Positions 38,277 through 50,316 of a stretch of DNA of 64,000 bases are shown in pieces. How positions within the stretch are numbered: position 1 is the stretch's first letter; each line of letters starts with the position of its first letter. The notes under the pieces were generated by a model. The model saw nothing but the letters and a program-made list of their open reading frames with translations, had not been told where the DNA came from and ran no database searches. Origin of the DNA: Phoronis australis (Eukaryota > Animalia > Phoronida); contig NMRA01000145.1 of the NCBI GenBank assembly GCA_002633005.1, forward strand, positions 461,898 through 525,897, written 5' to 3'. Position numbers and translations under genes: made by a program.

Positions 38277-39205
38277 GTGGCCACTCAGCTTCGCGGCAAT
38301 TGTCGCCAATGTTGTCACGTTTCGCCCGTGCTTTGTTTTGTCTTCATTTATTTCGTTCGTGTTTTGTCACGACTGAGAAAATCTTCGCACTCTTTGTTGT
38401 CTTTTTATTCCTGCATGATTTTAAGCGTGGGCACACCCGAATGTTTTCAAACCATTCATTGTGGTACAAAACAAAGCCAAAGTCACAGTTCATGGTGACC
38501 TCGTGAGGCAAGGAAAGGTCAGTCAGCGGCAAAACAGTATCTAAAAACATTGCGTGCAAATAACAAAGAAGTTTTAAAAACCATTACAAAAGTTTTTTTT
38601 CATAAAATCCGATCCAATATTGCATTTGCACACAATGATGTGTGCTATTGGGCCTCGCGGCGTTCCTCATGCTGTGAAGAACTATTTGCACGTCTTGGGT
38701 ATACAACCCTTAGTATTTAAATTTATGACGTGTCTTGAGTAAATACTCTGACATACTTCGTGTACAAATGCTACTAAAGAGATTTTGTAAAAAGGCGTTT
38801 GCATAAAGCCTCTTTCTGTCTTTTGCATAAATGTTTCACAATGTCATCGTGCTTGGTATGTGTATTGTGCCTCACATTCTCATAGTCTTCATTGCTGTGT
38901 AGAAATGTTTGCACGTAATTGGCCAAGCCACCCTGGGCTTGCAGTGTGTAATGTATATACATCTATGCTTGCAAAATCTGTCCTGAGAACTACATTTGAC
39001 ACAACGGTGTGTGATGTTGTGCCTCACAATCTCAATGAATCTAATTTGTGCTACTTAAGACAGGTTTTGTAAAAAAACATTTGTGCAAGCTCTCTTATTG
39101 TGGTACTGATGCATAAATGTGTCATAATGAATGCCATCGCGCTTAGTATGTCAATTTATGGTTACTAACGGTTTTTCATTGAGTGCTTCATTTGCACACA
39201 ATGGT

Positions 39206-39383
39206 AAATATATATAGGTAAATAAAACAACAAGAATGGATGGATCAACTGAAATTTTCGGATATATTAACATCCTCCGTCAACAGAAACGTGTCAACAT
39301 CTGTTTCTGTTGACGAAGTGTGTTATTATATCCGAAAAATTCAGTTGATCCATTCTTGTTGTTTTATTTACCTATATATATTT
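39206..39383. repeat. About 180-bp inverted repeat
   Basis: aaatatatataggtaaataaaacaacaagaatgga... pairs with ...tccattcttgttgttttatttacctatatatattt, with a loop near 39291-39302. Confidence 0.9.
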
Positions 39384-41619
39384 TACATTTCGTGAAACAA
39401 TAGTATCCTTGAGAGGATCTGGATCGCCTTATTTAGTTTCAGATTTATTTTCTACGTTATTTATACAATGAAATGGCATGTACGTATATTACTGCACCTC
39501 ACAATTTCATTATTTTTATTGCCGAGAATTCTTTACACGTTTTGGCCCTGTCATCCTTTTATGATGTGACTTTTGTAAATACATCTGTGTTCCTTGTGTA
39601 CAATACAGTATTTTTAAGCATTTCCTTAGTTTTCATTGTAAAGAATAGCTGAATATAGTACATGTACATTATATTACGACAGGGTCAAATGGTTTGGAAA
39701 GAAAAAATATTTGTACTACCTAGAGAAAGAATCGCGCATCCGCCCACTCTGCCTAAATCTGACAGAAATTCTGATTGAAGCTTTAAACAAAAAACGGTCT
39801 CTTCAAGAAATATTCATGCTTCATGTGATGAACACTAAGTGTTCACGTGAAGGTGTAGCTATTTCCCACCGGCATTCCCAGTATAAATAGATTTGTGGTC
39901 TGTGTCTGAACTGGGCCAACAAAGCTGACTCACGCTGAGGTCAGAGTCACATTTTAGTCTCCTGCATAATGTTTGTCTAAGCCTTCTTTACGTGACTCGT
40001 AGTCTCGGATTTGTGCTACGTAAGCCACAAGAGCTGGCTTATCAAGATGCTTCTGTGACCATTTTGGGCATTTTTGTTTTGATGTCGCAAATCATTGTAT
40101 TTCAGAAAAGTAATAAAGTCTCCATGTCCTACACATTTCCATGAAATTTAAATTTTAAAGTTGACTAAATGTGCAAATTATAGATGGAATGAAACATAAT
40201 TGAAAATTAAATTCCATGAGGCGTGGTACTACGACTTCAACTATTAATTCATTTACGTATTGTATCCACGACACGACAACAAAGATTTCCATCACAAAAC
40301 ATTCAGGAGGTTAGTTAGCAAAAAAGGTGTCGGTACGAGTAAATGCTAACACAAGTTAGTGAGTATTAATTCTGACATTGTCATTTTCTTTCCAGATTCA
40401 GCTATTCATAATCTACTCCTTTCCAGTGCCTCTTGTAAACGAGTTAGTGACGCAGGCTTTTTGTCTGTCCAGGAGAAGAACATAAAACGATTTATTGACG
40501 AACAAATGCCAATGACCTCAACATGTTTGTAGAAGAAGTTAATTTATAAACACTCTAAACATCTTCTCTTTTTTCAATTTACATGGTAAAACACAAGGAT
40601 TCAGCTACTTATTACCATTCACTTTGTATCGTTCGACCACAAAATCCTTTTGTTTTTTGATTTTATGATTTCCAATTCCTCCTGTTGGCTATCAGCTTCA
40701 TTCTCTGAAATCGAGGCCGGTGAATTTTTTCATATAATTCCCTTAAAACACCCTGCTATTTACCGAGTGGGGTTTAATTACCAAGAAAAGGGTTGGACTG
40801 CTACAGCTGAAGTCGGGGATTCGAATCGGTCACAGACTGATATGAAAAATACATTATTCTTGCCGATTGTACATCGTTTAGCCAAATATCTACAAAACTA
40901 TACATTTTAACTCAGTAAACGTGTTTTTTTTCTGAAAGTAGAAAAGATGCAGAATTCGACTTTTGATTTTATACCAAACTTGCATTGATTGGATCACGTG
41001 ACCATGTGCTTTAATTGAAATTAGCAAAAACGAAAGTTACTTCCATAACAAATCAACGGTATCAATAGCCTGATCAAATTCAGTTTGACATGAATATACA
41101 ATGTGTATTCTCAAAAACGCTGTTCCAGTTTTCTAAATTACCATTTCGTTTTCATTTGATGCTACTTTTCAGTTTTTTCATAAAAATGATAAAAGTTCAA
41201 ATTTTTGATAGCCCCTCATGCAAAAGCGGAAAGTTTAAAAAAAATCCTAAAAGCGTTTTGGACAACAGAGCACGAACTATGGTGCCTAAAAGTTTCATGC
41301 ATAAAGGGCAGTTTCTTCCCACTGGTATCTTAAACGTATCAATTATGAAGTAGGGGGATTAACTCTGACATATTGATCATGTTCCAATTGTTTTTAAAGC
41401 CCGGGGTGTACAAAATTTTGTTTAAAAACACGAACAGAAAAATAATATTATCAACCAATACGGCGTGCGCAAACAGTTTGCTTCAGGATTCAATAGACGA
41501 GACTCATTTCATGCCTCATCTGCACAAAGAAAACTTGGAATGGCACCCAAAATTATAACGAACAAGGTACGGTCAAGTCGAGGAGGTATCGGAAAAAGGG
41601 AACGTCAAATGGATCCCAG

Positions 41620-43170
41620 GAATTTTGAGCCGGAGGAACGTGGGGACGGGAGGACACAAAGTCAGAAGAACAGCAAATATTGAAAACATGACTGTAGCTT
41701 ATCTGGGAACATTGGAGCATTCATTTTGGGTGAACTGTGAGGGAGGAAAATGTTGGTACCGGAAAAACACTAATAGAGACGAAACGGAAGATGGTTCACT
41801 GAGACTTCTTGGGATCATGGTTACCTGACAGAAACCAGCGTTCCATAGACGCAAGACATTTGCGAAGAGAATTTTCACTGAAACAGCTAATCCTAGCGAA
41901 ACCACGCAAGACTACACAAATTCATGCAAGTGAAGGCGAGTGTTTACTGAGAAAGCTCGGGAACTTCAGTGTTCGTATGCATCACCATCTCGGATCAGTC
42001 TAGGAGACTGGGTAGCCAAGTACATTATTCCCGTTTCATAAGCCAAGATTTCTCGCAGCAAGTTTCTGGCGAGTGTTTTGCTCTACAGTACGCAGCCCAG
42101 TTTAGGCGAAGAACTCCGCGTACAAACGGACAGCTAGAAGATAACCTTCAGGTTTTGCCCAGAGGCAAATTTTGCACGCGGGCGACTCAATTTTCTCAGA
42201 TTTTTACCATTTGTTCGAATAAAACGAGGGATGTCCTCACATAGATCGAGAGATGTTCGAATGTGTTTGACGGGGTTTGCGGTTGGGAAATTAAAATACC
42301 AACCCGAGTCAGTATGCAGGATGAGAGTAACGAGAGTCAAGCGAATTAAGACGCGCACTTGTTAGGAGCTTCTGTAAAAATCACTTCCTCGTAGATTTTC
42401 CATCAAACTGAGCGACACGTTCCGAAAGTGCCACATACATTTATTGAAGTATCCCTGGCTAACATTGTCAGCGACAACAACCCGACTGGCGCCGTATACA
42501 AACAAAGGAGCATCCGAGTCATAATCAACACAAGAGGTCACTGTGAAAATTCTTGACTCATATGAGCTTATCAATAGACAAGAGAAACGGGCAGCAACAA
42601 AACCAGCAACCTACATTACGAGTATCATTTTCACTGCATGTTTATAGCTCTATTCCGTGTTGTTCAGGTCTAACGAATACCCGCTGAGCTCATTGACCGA
42701 AGTTGTTGAAAATAGACCAAGGTAAGTGGAATGCATCGAACAAGATTTCTGTTGTTGCGACCACGCAGTGACATTTTGATCTAAAGAACAGCGATCACTG
42801 ATTAAACCATCTATTTTGTACTTCCGTTTTTTTGGCTACGTGGTCGTTTATCGTAGGATAAAGTCTCATAAGATACACACCGAATTGTCAACAATTTCCG
42901 TAACGTACAAGCAATTTATTACGCTCATCTATGAATCAATTTCTTGGAAATCCAGGGGTTTAAACATATCTTATATAGTGGCAAGTATATTAGCTGCCAC
43001 CACTAGGCATCGAATTTCAGAGCAAATGGTAATAACCGGGGTCGTGTCCGCTCTTAAGCGGCTTTCTTATCATGTGACCACGTATTGTTATTAAAGACTC
43101 TATGAAAGAACAAACTGAAATGCCAGACATTTGCACTAGCAAATAAGTTGAAGTGGCAAAACTAAACCAG
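41620..43170 (+). repeat. Segmental duplicate of 57700-60490, upstream of both + strand TPR-TIR copies
   Basis: Collinear shared blocks, e.g. cattcattttgggtgaactgtgagggaggaaa, cacttgttaggagcttctgtaaaaatcac, tcaatttcttggaaatccaggg, caaactgaaatgccaga. Confidence 0.9.
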
Positions 43171-43644
43171 GGGGTGATTCGCCGTAAAATGAAACAATTG
43201 TTACGTTTTACGTGATTGTTAAATTTTACGTTGGTAAGCCTCTCCTAAAATGTAAGAAGTTGTTACATTTTACGTAATTATTACATTTTACGTCGAATGC
43301 ACATGCGAGAAATGTACCATTGTTACATTTTAAAAAACCAACGTCATATCACAAAGAAAATGACTAAAATCACGAACAAGTGGTATCTGACACGGCCGGG
43401 GTTACTCGTGTATTTTTGGACGAGTGGTGCCACCCGAAAAGGAACATTTTAAATAAATTTTTTTAGAAAACAGCACCATTTCGGAGAGTATTTTTGGTGT
43501 GTAAAAACACCCTTTTGGGCGGAACTTTTCGTATGCCTCTTCTATCGGAATACCCTCCGGACGGCTGACACGTCATAAATTTGGCTAACCATTATTATTA
43601 TTATTACTATTACTATTACTATTTCTATTATTACTGTTATACCG

Positions 43645-44760
43645 TGCGAGAAAGCTGCTGGTCTCGACGGGATACCTATTGAGCTTTACAAAACAGTATG
43701 CTTCTCCATAAGGAAGACTTATTGTTGCGTCTGTTCGCTCATGTGTTTAACTCTGGTTTCTACCACAGCCAGTGGTGTAAGGGTGTCACCATTGTTTAAG
43801 AATGATCCAAATAACTATCGTGGTATCACTCTACTTGACGTGGCAGGCAAAATACTTTCTAAGATACTCTGTAATCGCTTGAAGAAAATGAAACCCTATC
43901 GGAATGCCAAGCAGGGCTCCGAAAATGTTGTTCTACCGTAGACAACATGTTCATTTTGCATACCCTAATTATTAAGTACTTGTTGTTCACCAGAGGCCGT
44001 AACTATTGTCTATTCATTGATTTTAAAAAGGTATTTGACTGGACATGATGTGGTTTAAAATATAAATTGATCAGCCACAATTTATCTGGTAAAATATATA
44101 AAATATTGTGTGAAATGCATCGTGACGTGACGCCGTGTGTCCAGATAAACCAAAATGGTGAAATCACTGACTATTTTGATTGTTTGTGGGAAATGCATCG
44201 TAACGTGACGCCGTGTGTCCAGATAAACCAAAATGGTGAAATCACTGACTATTTTGATTAATTTTGGGAAATGCATCGTAACGTGACGCCGTGTATCCAG
44301 ATAAACCAAAATGGTGAAATCACTGACTATTTTGATTGTTTGTGGGAAATGCATCGTAACGTGACGCCGTGTGTCCAGATAAACCAAAATGGTGAAATCA
44401 CTGACTATTTTGATTGTTTTTGGGAAATGAGACAAGGCTGTCAGATTTCACCCTATATATTCTCGATAAATTTGAATGGTCTTCAACGCCACCAATAATG
44501 ATGCCGATGTGTCATTATAAGTATGTTGACGTTATACTGCTTGCTATTTGCAGATGATTTGGCTGTATTCTCTAAGACACCCATTGAATTGTAACGGCTG
44601 TTTAAGAAAATTAAAGTGTGTTGTAAACATGGAAACTAGTTATTAACATGCAAAAAACTACAATTGTGGTGCTAGAAAAGGGGGATACTTACGTAATTTT
44701 GAAAACATGGTTAAGGCTAGTAAGAAATATCATGGTACTTATTTTACAAGCTTTTTTCAA
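43645..44760 (+). mobile_element. Decayed non-LTR retrotransposon (LINE) reverse-transcriptase fragment
   Basis: Frameshifted RT motifs KAAGLDGIPIELYK, DPNNYRGITLLDVAGKILSKIL, VDNMFIL, FIDFKKVFD, RQGCQISPYIF and LLFADD. Confidence 0.9.
44112..44429. repeat. 78-bp tandem repeat x4 inside the LINE fragment
   Basis: Units gaaatgcatcgtaacgtgacgccg...gactattttgattgtttgtgg start at 44112, 44190, 44268 and 44346. Confidence 0.95.
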
Positions 44761-44896
44761 GAATGGTCTGATACTACCTACCACCTTACAGCCTGCGGAG
44801 TACCGAGATCAGGCAGGGCGCGGGGAAATAAAAGCGTGGGCTAATTTTTAAAAGAGCGGATCCACTGATTAGCGTTGCCTGTATTACAGGTTCACG

Positions 44897-45630
44897 ATGG
44901 TTAAAAGAGAAGCCTCCAAGATGCATCGTAAAGATGGAATTGATAACCTGTTCACCCATCGGTTCCTGCAGAACACGAAAGACTCGTCCAAGCAACCCGA
45001 GAACCGAGAACGCTTTTCAAGAGAAAGTCGAAGACGTCCCATTGTGATTATGCTGGGATATTTAAAATTTAAAGTTAAGAAATGCCCAAATGCTATCGGA
45101 TGGTTTAAAAAGGTCCTTAAAGAAGATTCATACAATTTAAAGGCCTTGCACAGTCTGGTACTCGTTCACGACCTATTGAAATTGCCAAAGCGGCTGGAGA
45201 GTATGAGGAAAGAATTTACGATGTTCTAGCGATGATTCTATGATGGACATTTCCATGGCGTGCGCCAAGTATGAACTTGCAGTCATTTAGACGACAGATG
45301 GTACTCATTTTCAGCCTGGTGGAGTTTCAGTAACCAAAAATCTTTTCTGTCAGGCTCTGTAAGGTAAAGAAATTCTCCACGTTGACCAGAAAGAAAGACA
45401 ACTTGCTTACGCATTTTTTGCTTTAAATTTAGACCAAGTTGACTGAACATTTCGTAGAAGCGGTGGGAAATTTCTATGGGATAATAACCATCAGTGAAGA
45501 AAAACACCTGGACGGAAGAACGCGCTGCGAGATAAAGTGACGTTAACTGCAAAGGCGTGGTGTTTTGGGGAAGTCTTTGGTTTAAACACAAATGATTTGA
45601 AGAGTACAGGAATTAAGAATGATTCCATAA
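44897..45630 (+). pseudogene. TPR-TIR family pseudogene, copy 4 (5' half only)
   Basis: MVKREASKMHRKDGIDNLFTHRFLQN.. followed by frameshifts, with recognisable AGEYEERIYDVL, AKYELA, QPGG and KAWCF. It has a 24-bp deletion relative to copy 5. Confidence 0.85.
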
Positions 45631-46704
45631 AAATTCTATATGAAAATGACAATACTCAAAAATTCACACAGTGCTAACAGTTTGTGCATGTGTTGAGATG
45701 CTGGCCAAAGTACACTGCTGCAATCAATGACCTTTGGTTACCAAGTTATGACCTGTTTGTCTATAAAGGTATATTTGCATTTTATAATGTGAGTAAAATT
45801 TCATTTTTTGAATGGAAAAAATCAGACCTGAAAAACTGGTTGCAAAGTTTGGCATTGTAGGTCATAAGGACTCGTGTAAGGTTACTAAGAAAATGATATT
45901 TGCAACTAGCAGATACAATTAAATTTCCAGCAAGGGAGGAAACAACGAGACCAGATTTCAGGCCTTTCACAAGTGGCAAGATGTTGATTAACCTGCCTGC
46001 TATATCGAAAACTATTTAAAGTTCAAATTCTCTGAGTAGATACTTCTGAGATTGAACTTTATGACCTGTTTTGTTTTCTTTTTTTAAACTGGTCTCAAAA
46101 ACATTTAGTGCTAAACGTAGTCCTCGAATTTGGGCATTTTTGTGATTTGGCTTTACTCACTGACTGACGACAGGATTGAGGCTAGTTTTTGGAGTTCATA
46201 GAATTTACCTAAAATTGTATGCTCTAATGTTATCCATGCTAACTTGACGTTGTGCATTGCGAGTTGAGATTTTATAACGGATGATGTATTCTAATTGTTG
46301 TTCATGCTCATGCTATCTTCTTGTTGTGCATTGCCTGTAAAAAATTCATAATAGGCAATGTGTTTTAGTTAAGTGTAGCGTCCTTATATCCACGTGTCCA
46401 TGCTCGCGATGGCTTGATCCTGTGCTTTGCCATGCAGTACAGATTTTATCACAGACGATTAGTTATATGTTCATGTTCATGATATCTTGGTGCTATTGTT
46501 ATAAAGATTTTATTCTAGTCAATTTACCCCCAGCATCGTCCAAAATAATAACAGGTTGCATTTGACAAAAAAGTTTTTGCTGTTGAGTGTTTACAGTTGA
46601 GCAGTAGAACTTCTAGTCAGCTACTTTCACGCATTCGCCATGTTTACAAATACCCATCGAAAACGAGGCGAGCAGATGTGACCTAGTTCCGCCTTTTAAC
46701 AAGC

Positions 46705-49050
46705 ATGTTCTGTTGTGTGCCGCATTGCAGCAGTTCATCAAATAACTGTAAACTTTCGTTTCATAAATTCCCTAAGGATGAAGTTCTTCGTCGTAAATGG
46801 ATTTGTAACATTCGAAGGGATCCTGGAAGACATTTCAAGGTAAATGAAGTGCTGAAATAAATATTTTATCGTCGCAAATTTACTTAACGTAATTCGTACC
46901 GATCAGCTGAGATTGATCGAGTGATATCTGCCGACTTGTCTTGATCATGTGTCAGTTCACTGTCGCAATTCCTTTCAAGCTGTGTTTTAACTTTCGGCAG
47001 GCTGTCAAGACTGTGACACAGTCTTAGCACATTTTGATAGATTTACGGTCGATTTGAATTACCTAATGAACCAGTCGTTTCACTCTGCCTGTTGGTGTTG
47101 CCAAGCAGTCTCTCAGACTCCCGGGGGTGATCACATTCACGGTCAAATCGGACAGGTTTCTGGAACTTCGGTAACTTCTACCTGCTCGTTGAACATAACT
47201 ATCTGACTACCGAAAACATTTTTCAAACACTATTGACTAATCTCGTTTGTCTTTGCAGGTAGCTCTTGCGTAATTTATTTAACTTTTTGATTTTGTAGCT
47301 GACTGGAAGTACAACAGTGTGTAGTGCACATTTCAAGCCTCATGACTATGTGTTTAATGGCTACTCCACAAGAAAAAAACTAAAACCTGGTGCGGTTCCT
47401 ACAGTTTTCAACTGGGCAGAAAATAAAATGAAGCGAAAATCACCAAAGAAACGATCAAGCTCGACAACAACGGTGTAAGTAGTAGTGACATATGACACTG
47501 ACTGGTGCCTACATAATATGAAAATTTTACGATTGGAATTTTAAATGACAGTTAGTTGTACAAACTTTAAAGTCACTGTTTATGTCAAAAGATTGCTAAA
47601 TCTACCCGGATAAAATTTGTTTTGATGTTGATCGTGCAAACTCGAATGTTGTTTCTGACTACTTTACATTGGCAACAAGTATAATTTGGAATACTTTCAC
47701 AGCTGAAAAAATGACAGGAGGAGGATTGGAGGGGATATTTCTCAAATTCCTATGTGTTACTGTTTTTCCAACCCAGGAATTGTAGGACCAGTTAAGGCTG
47801 GATAGATGGTTAAAATCATTCGAACATGGAGTATTGATATGTTTGATGCTGAATTCCTCAATCTAAAGATTGTTAACATTCTGACATTTTACAGGTCATG
47901 TCCCTTAAGTGTAACTGAAGTTGAGGCGCTTAGTAATGAGCTTGAACGAGACGGGGATTTGTGTTCAACGACAGATGTCCAAGATGTATCTCAACATGTA
48001 CCTTCTCAAGATCATGATTATGCAGTGCCTCAAGATGGTGTACCTGACCAACTTCTTGCAGCACAGAAAGAAATTGAGAGACTTCAGAACTTAGTAACAG
48101 AACTCCAACAAGAAAAGTGTTTATATTCACGCTTGGCTACTGATGAGAAAACTGTACTATTCTACACAGGGTTTAAAGATTATGAAACACTGATGTCATT
48201 CTATCGTGTCATTGAGCCATCCGCAGCTAATATGCTCAGGTACTCGCAGTACAGGCGACGTATTCTAGGGGAAACAAAACAAAGTCGGATATGTTTTGCA
48301 CCACAGTCCATTCCATTAGTCGATCAGTTTCTCTTAGTACTTAGAAGACTTCGGCTGGGCACTACAGACAGAGAGTTGTCCGATTCATTGAAAGTGAGTG
48401 AGTCGACAGTCAGCAGGATTTTCATTTCATGGATCAACTTTCTATATTTTGTCCTTGGGTCTTTGCCTTTGTGGCCTTCAAGGGAGACAGTGCAGCAGAC
48501 CATGCCAGATGCTTTTAAGGAAAGTTACAGTGCGACACGTGTAATTTTAGACTGCACAGAAGTTTACATTCAAAAGCCTTCGAGCTTGGTGCTAAACACA
48601 GAGTTTTACAGTCACTACAAGGGCAGGACGACCTTGAAAGGTTTGGTTGGGATTGCGCCTTCAGGAGCGGTGACGTTCGTCTCCAAATTATATCCAGGGT
48701 CCATTTCAGACAAAACTATCACACGCCAGTCAGGTATTCTGGACCTAATTGAGGAAGGTGACTCTGTCATGGCAGACAAAGGCTTTTTAATTCAGGATTT
48801 GCTGGAGAAAATCAATGCTCATCTTATAATTCCTGCATTTTTAACAAGCTCAAGAACACAACTTGAAAGTTCCGAAATCAGTGAAACCCAAGCCATTGCA
48901 CGTTTGAGGGTGCATGTGGAGCGCGTTATTGGCAGAGTGAAGTGCTTCCACATATTTAAGGGTGTATTACCTTTGTCACTTGCTGGGTCAACAAACCAGA
49001 TTTGGAGTGTGTGTTGCTTACTGACCAATTTTCAGGGTGACATTTTGTAA
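46705..49050 (+). CDS. THAP zinc finger-HTH-DDE transposase (about 488 aa). Exons 46705-46839, 47299-47474, 47895-49050
   Basis: THAP: MFCCVPHC..FHKFPKD..RRKW..VCSAHF..LKPGAVPTVF. HTH: LRRLRLG..LS..VSESTVSRIF. DDE: ILDCTE, SISD, MADKGF, RVHVERVIG. Splice phases are consistent. Confidence 0.92.
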
Positions 49051-50316
49051 CGTGTATTTGTAAGTTATAAACACTGTGTTGTATTGTGGAGTTGGCCATT
49101 TCTGTACATTAAACACATATTACTCTCCTCATTAAGTGTTGAAGTAATCCACAGGCAGTCAATCGTTTAACAGTTTATGGTACATTGCAGTTGACTGCAA
49201 CGGAAAAGTTTTCCACAATATGACATCCCAGTGAAATTTTGCTCAGTCAAATTAAAAAAAATGAAATTTTCGCTTCATTTTGTGCATTGTAGAGCTGTTG
49301 TCAACAAACACAAACTTTGCGCATTTTTAACAATGCTCTGAGCATTTGATCAATTGGAAAATGTCAATTTTGGCAATCAGTTTTGTTGAAGGAAACTTTA
49401 CCGTAAGTTCAAGTACTGCATACAGCTGTACCATGAATTTCCGAAAGATCACCCAGGGTGCTTTCAGAAAATGCACTTTGCGGCTTGAATTATTTTCCTG
49501 AAAAAGCGAACCATAAGCGCCCTTTCCAAGGAAAACAGGAGTGCTTTTCGGGAAAGCCAGTTTAACATAGGGAAGCGTTTGCATATGAAATTTATGTAAT
49601 TTTAGACTTAAAACAATTTTCTGATGCCTGCATGAGTCTGGTATTACAAAAACTGTCTTGTCATGTAGTAATCTAAAATCCCCGTTACATGTGCGGTTGC
49701 TCAGATAAACCATGGTCATCTAGCATTAGTCTACAGAAAAATACGAAAGCCATAATGATTAATTAATTACAGGTTAACTGTCGGGACATTATATTTTTTG
49801 TAATATTGTAATATTTAAATTTAACTAAAGCGAAAACAAAACACCAGACAAAACTATTTCTTAGAAAAATTCTCATTTTGCTTCGATACCATCAAACTGT
49901 TTAAATCAAAATGTAAACGACAAATGTAAAATTTCCAAAATAGCACCCATGGACATTCTTTCAGGGGGGGGGGCACTCTTTCAGAAATTCCTGGTTTCTT
50001 AGCCAATAAAGAAATTATCTTGTCCGGTGTTTAAGACTTTGCTGTCAACTGCCCCGTGACACTGCTGAGATTGCATCTTGCATCGTTTCAATTCAAAGAA
50101 ATCTATGAGACCATTTATATCAAAAGTAGAGATTTCTTCAATTTGGGATAAAATGCGACACCCAAATGCAGTCAAATTAGCAGCATGGAAGTGTACAAAA
50201 TGTGAAAACACTGAATAAAGTCAACAAACACATTCCTGTATTGCTTTGAAAATTTGTACAGTATTTACATATTTAACATGGACATACTTGTGGAAAAACA
50301 GGAGCAAGGTTTAAAT

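Noticed and set aside
47806-47894. ATG at 47806 as the transposase start
   Set aside because: The THAP exons splice in frame to 47895, so this stretch is intron.
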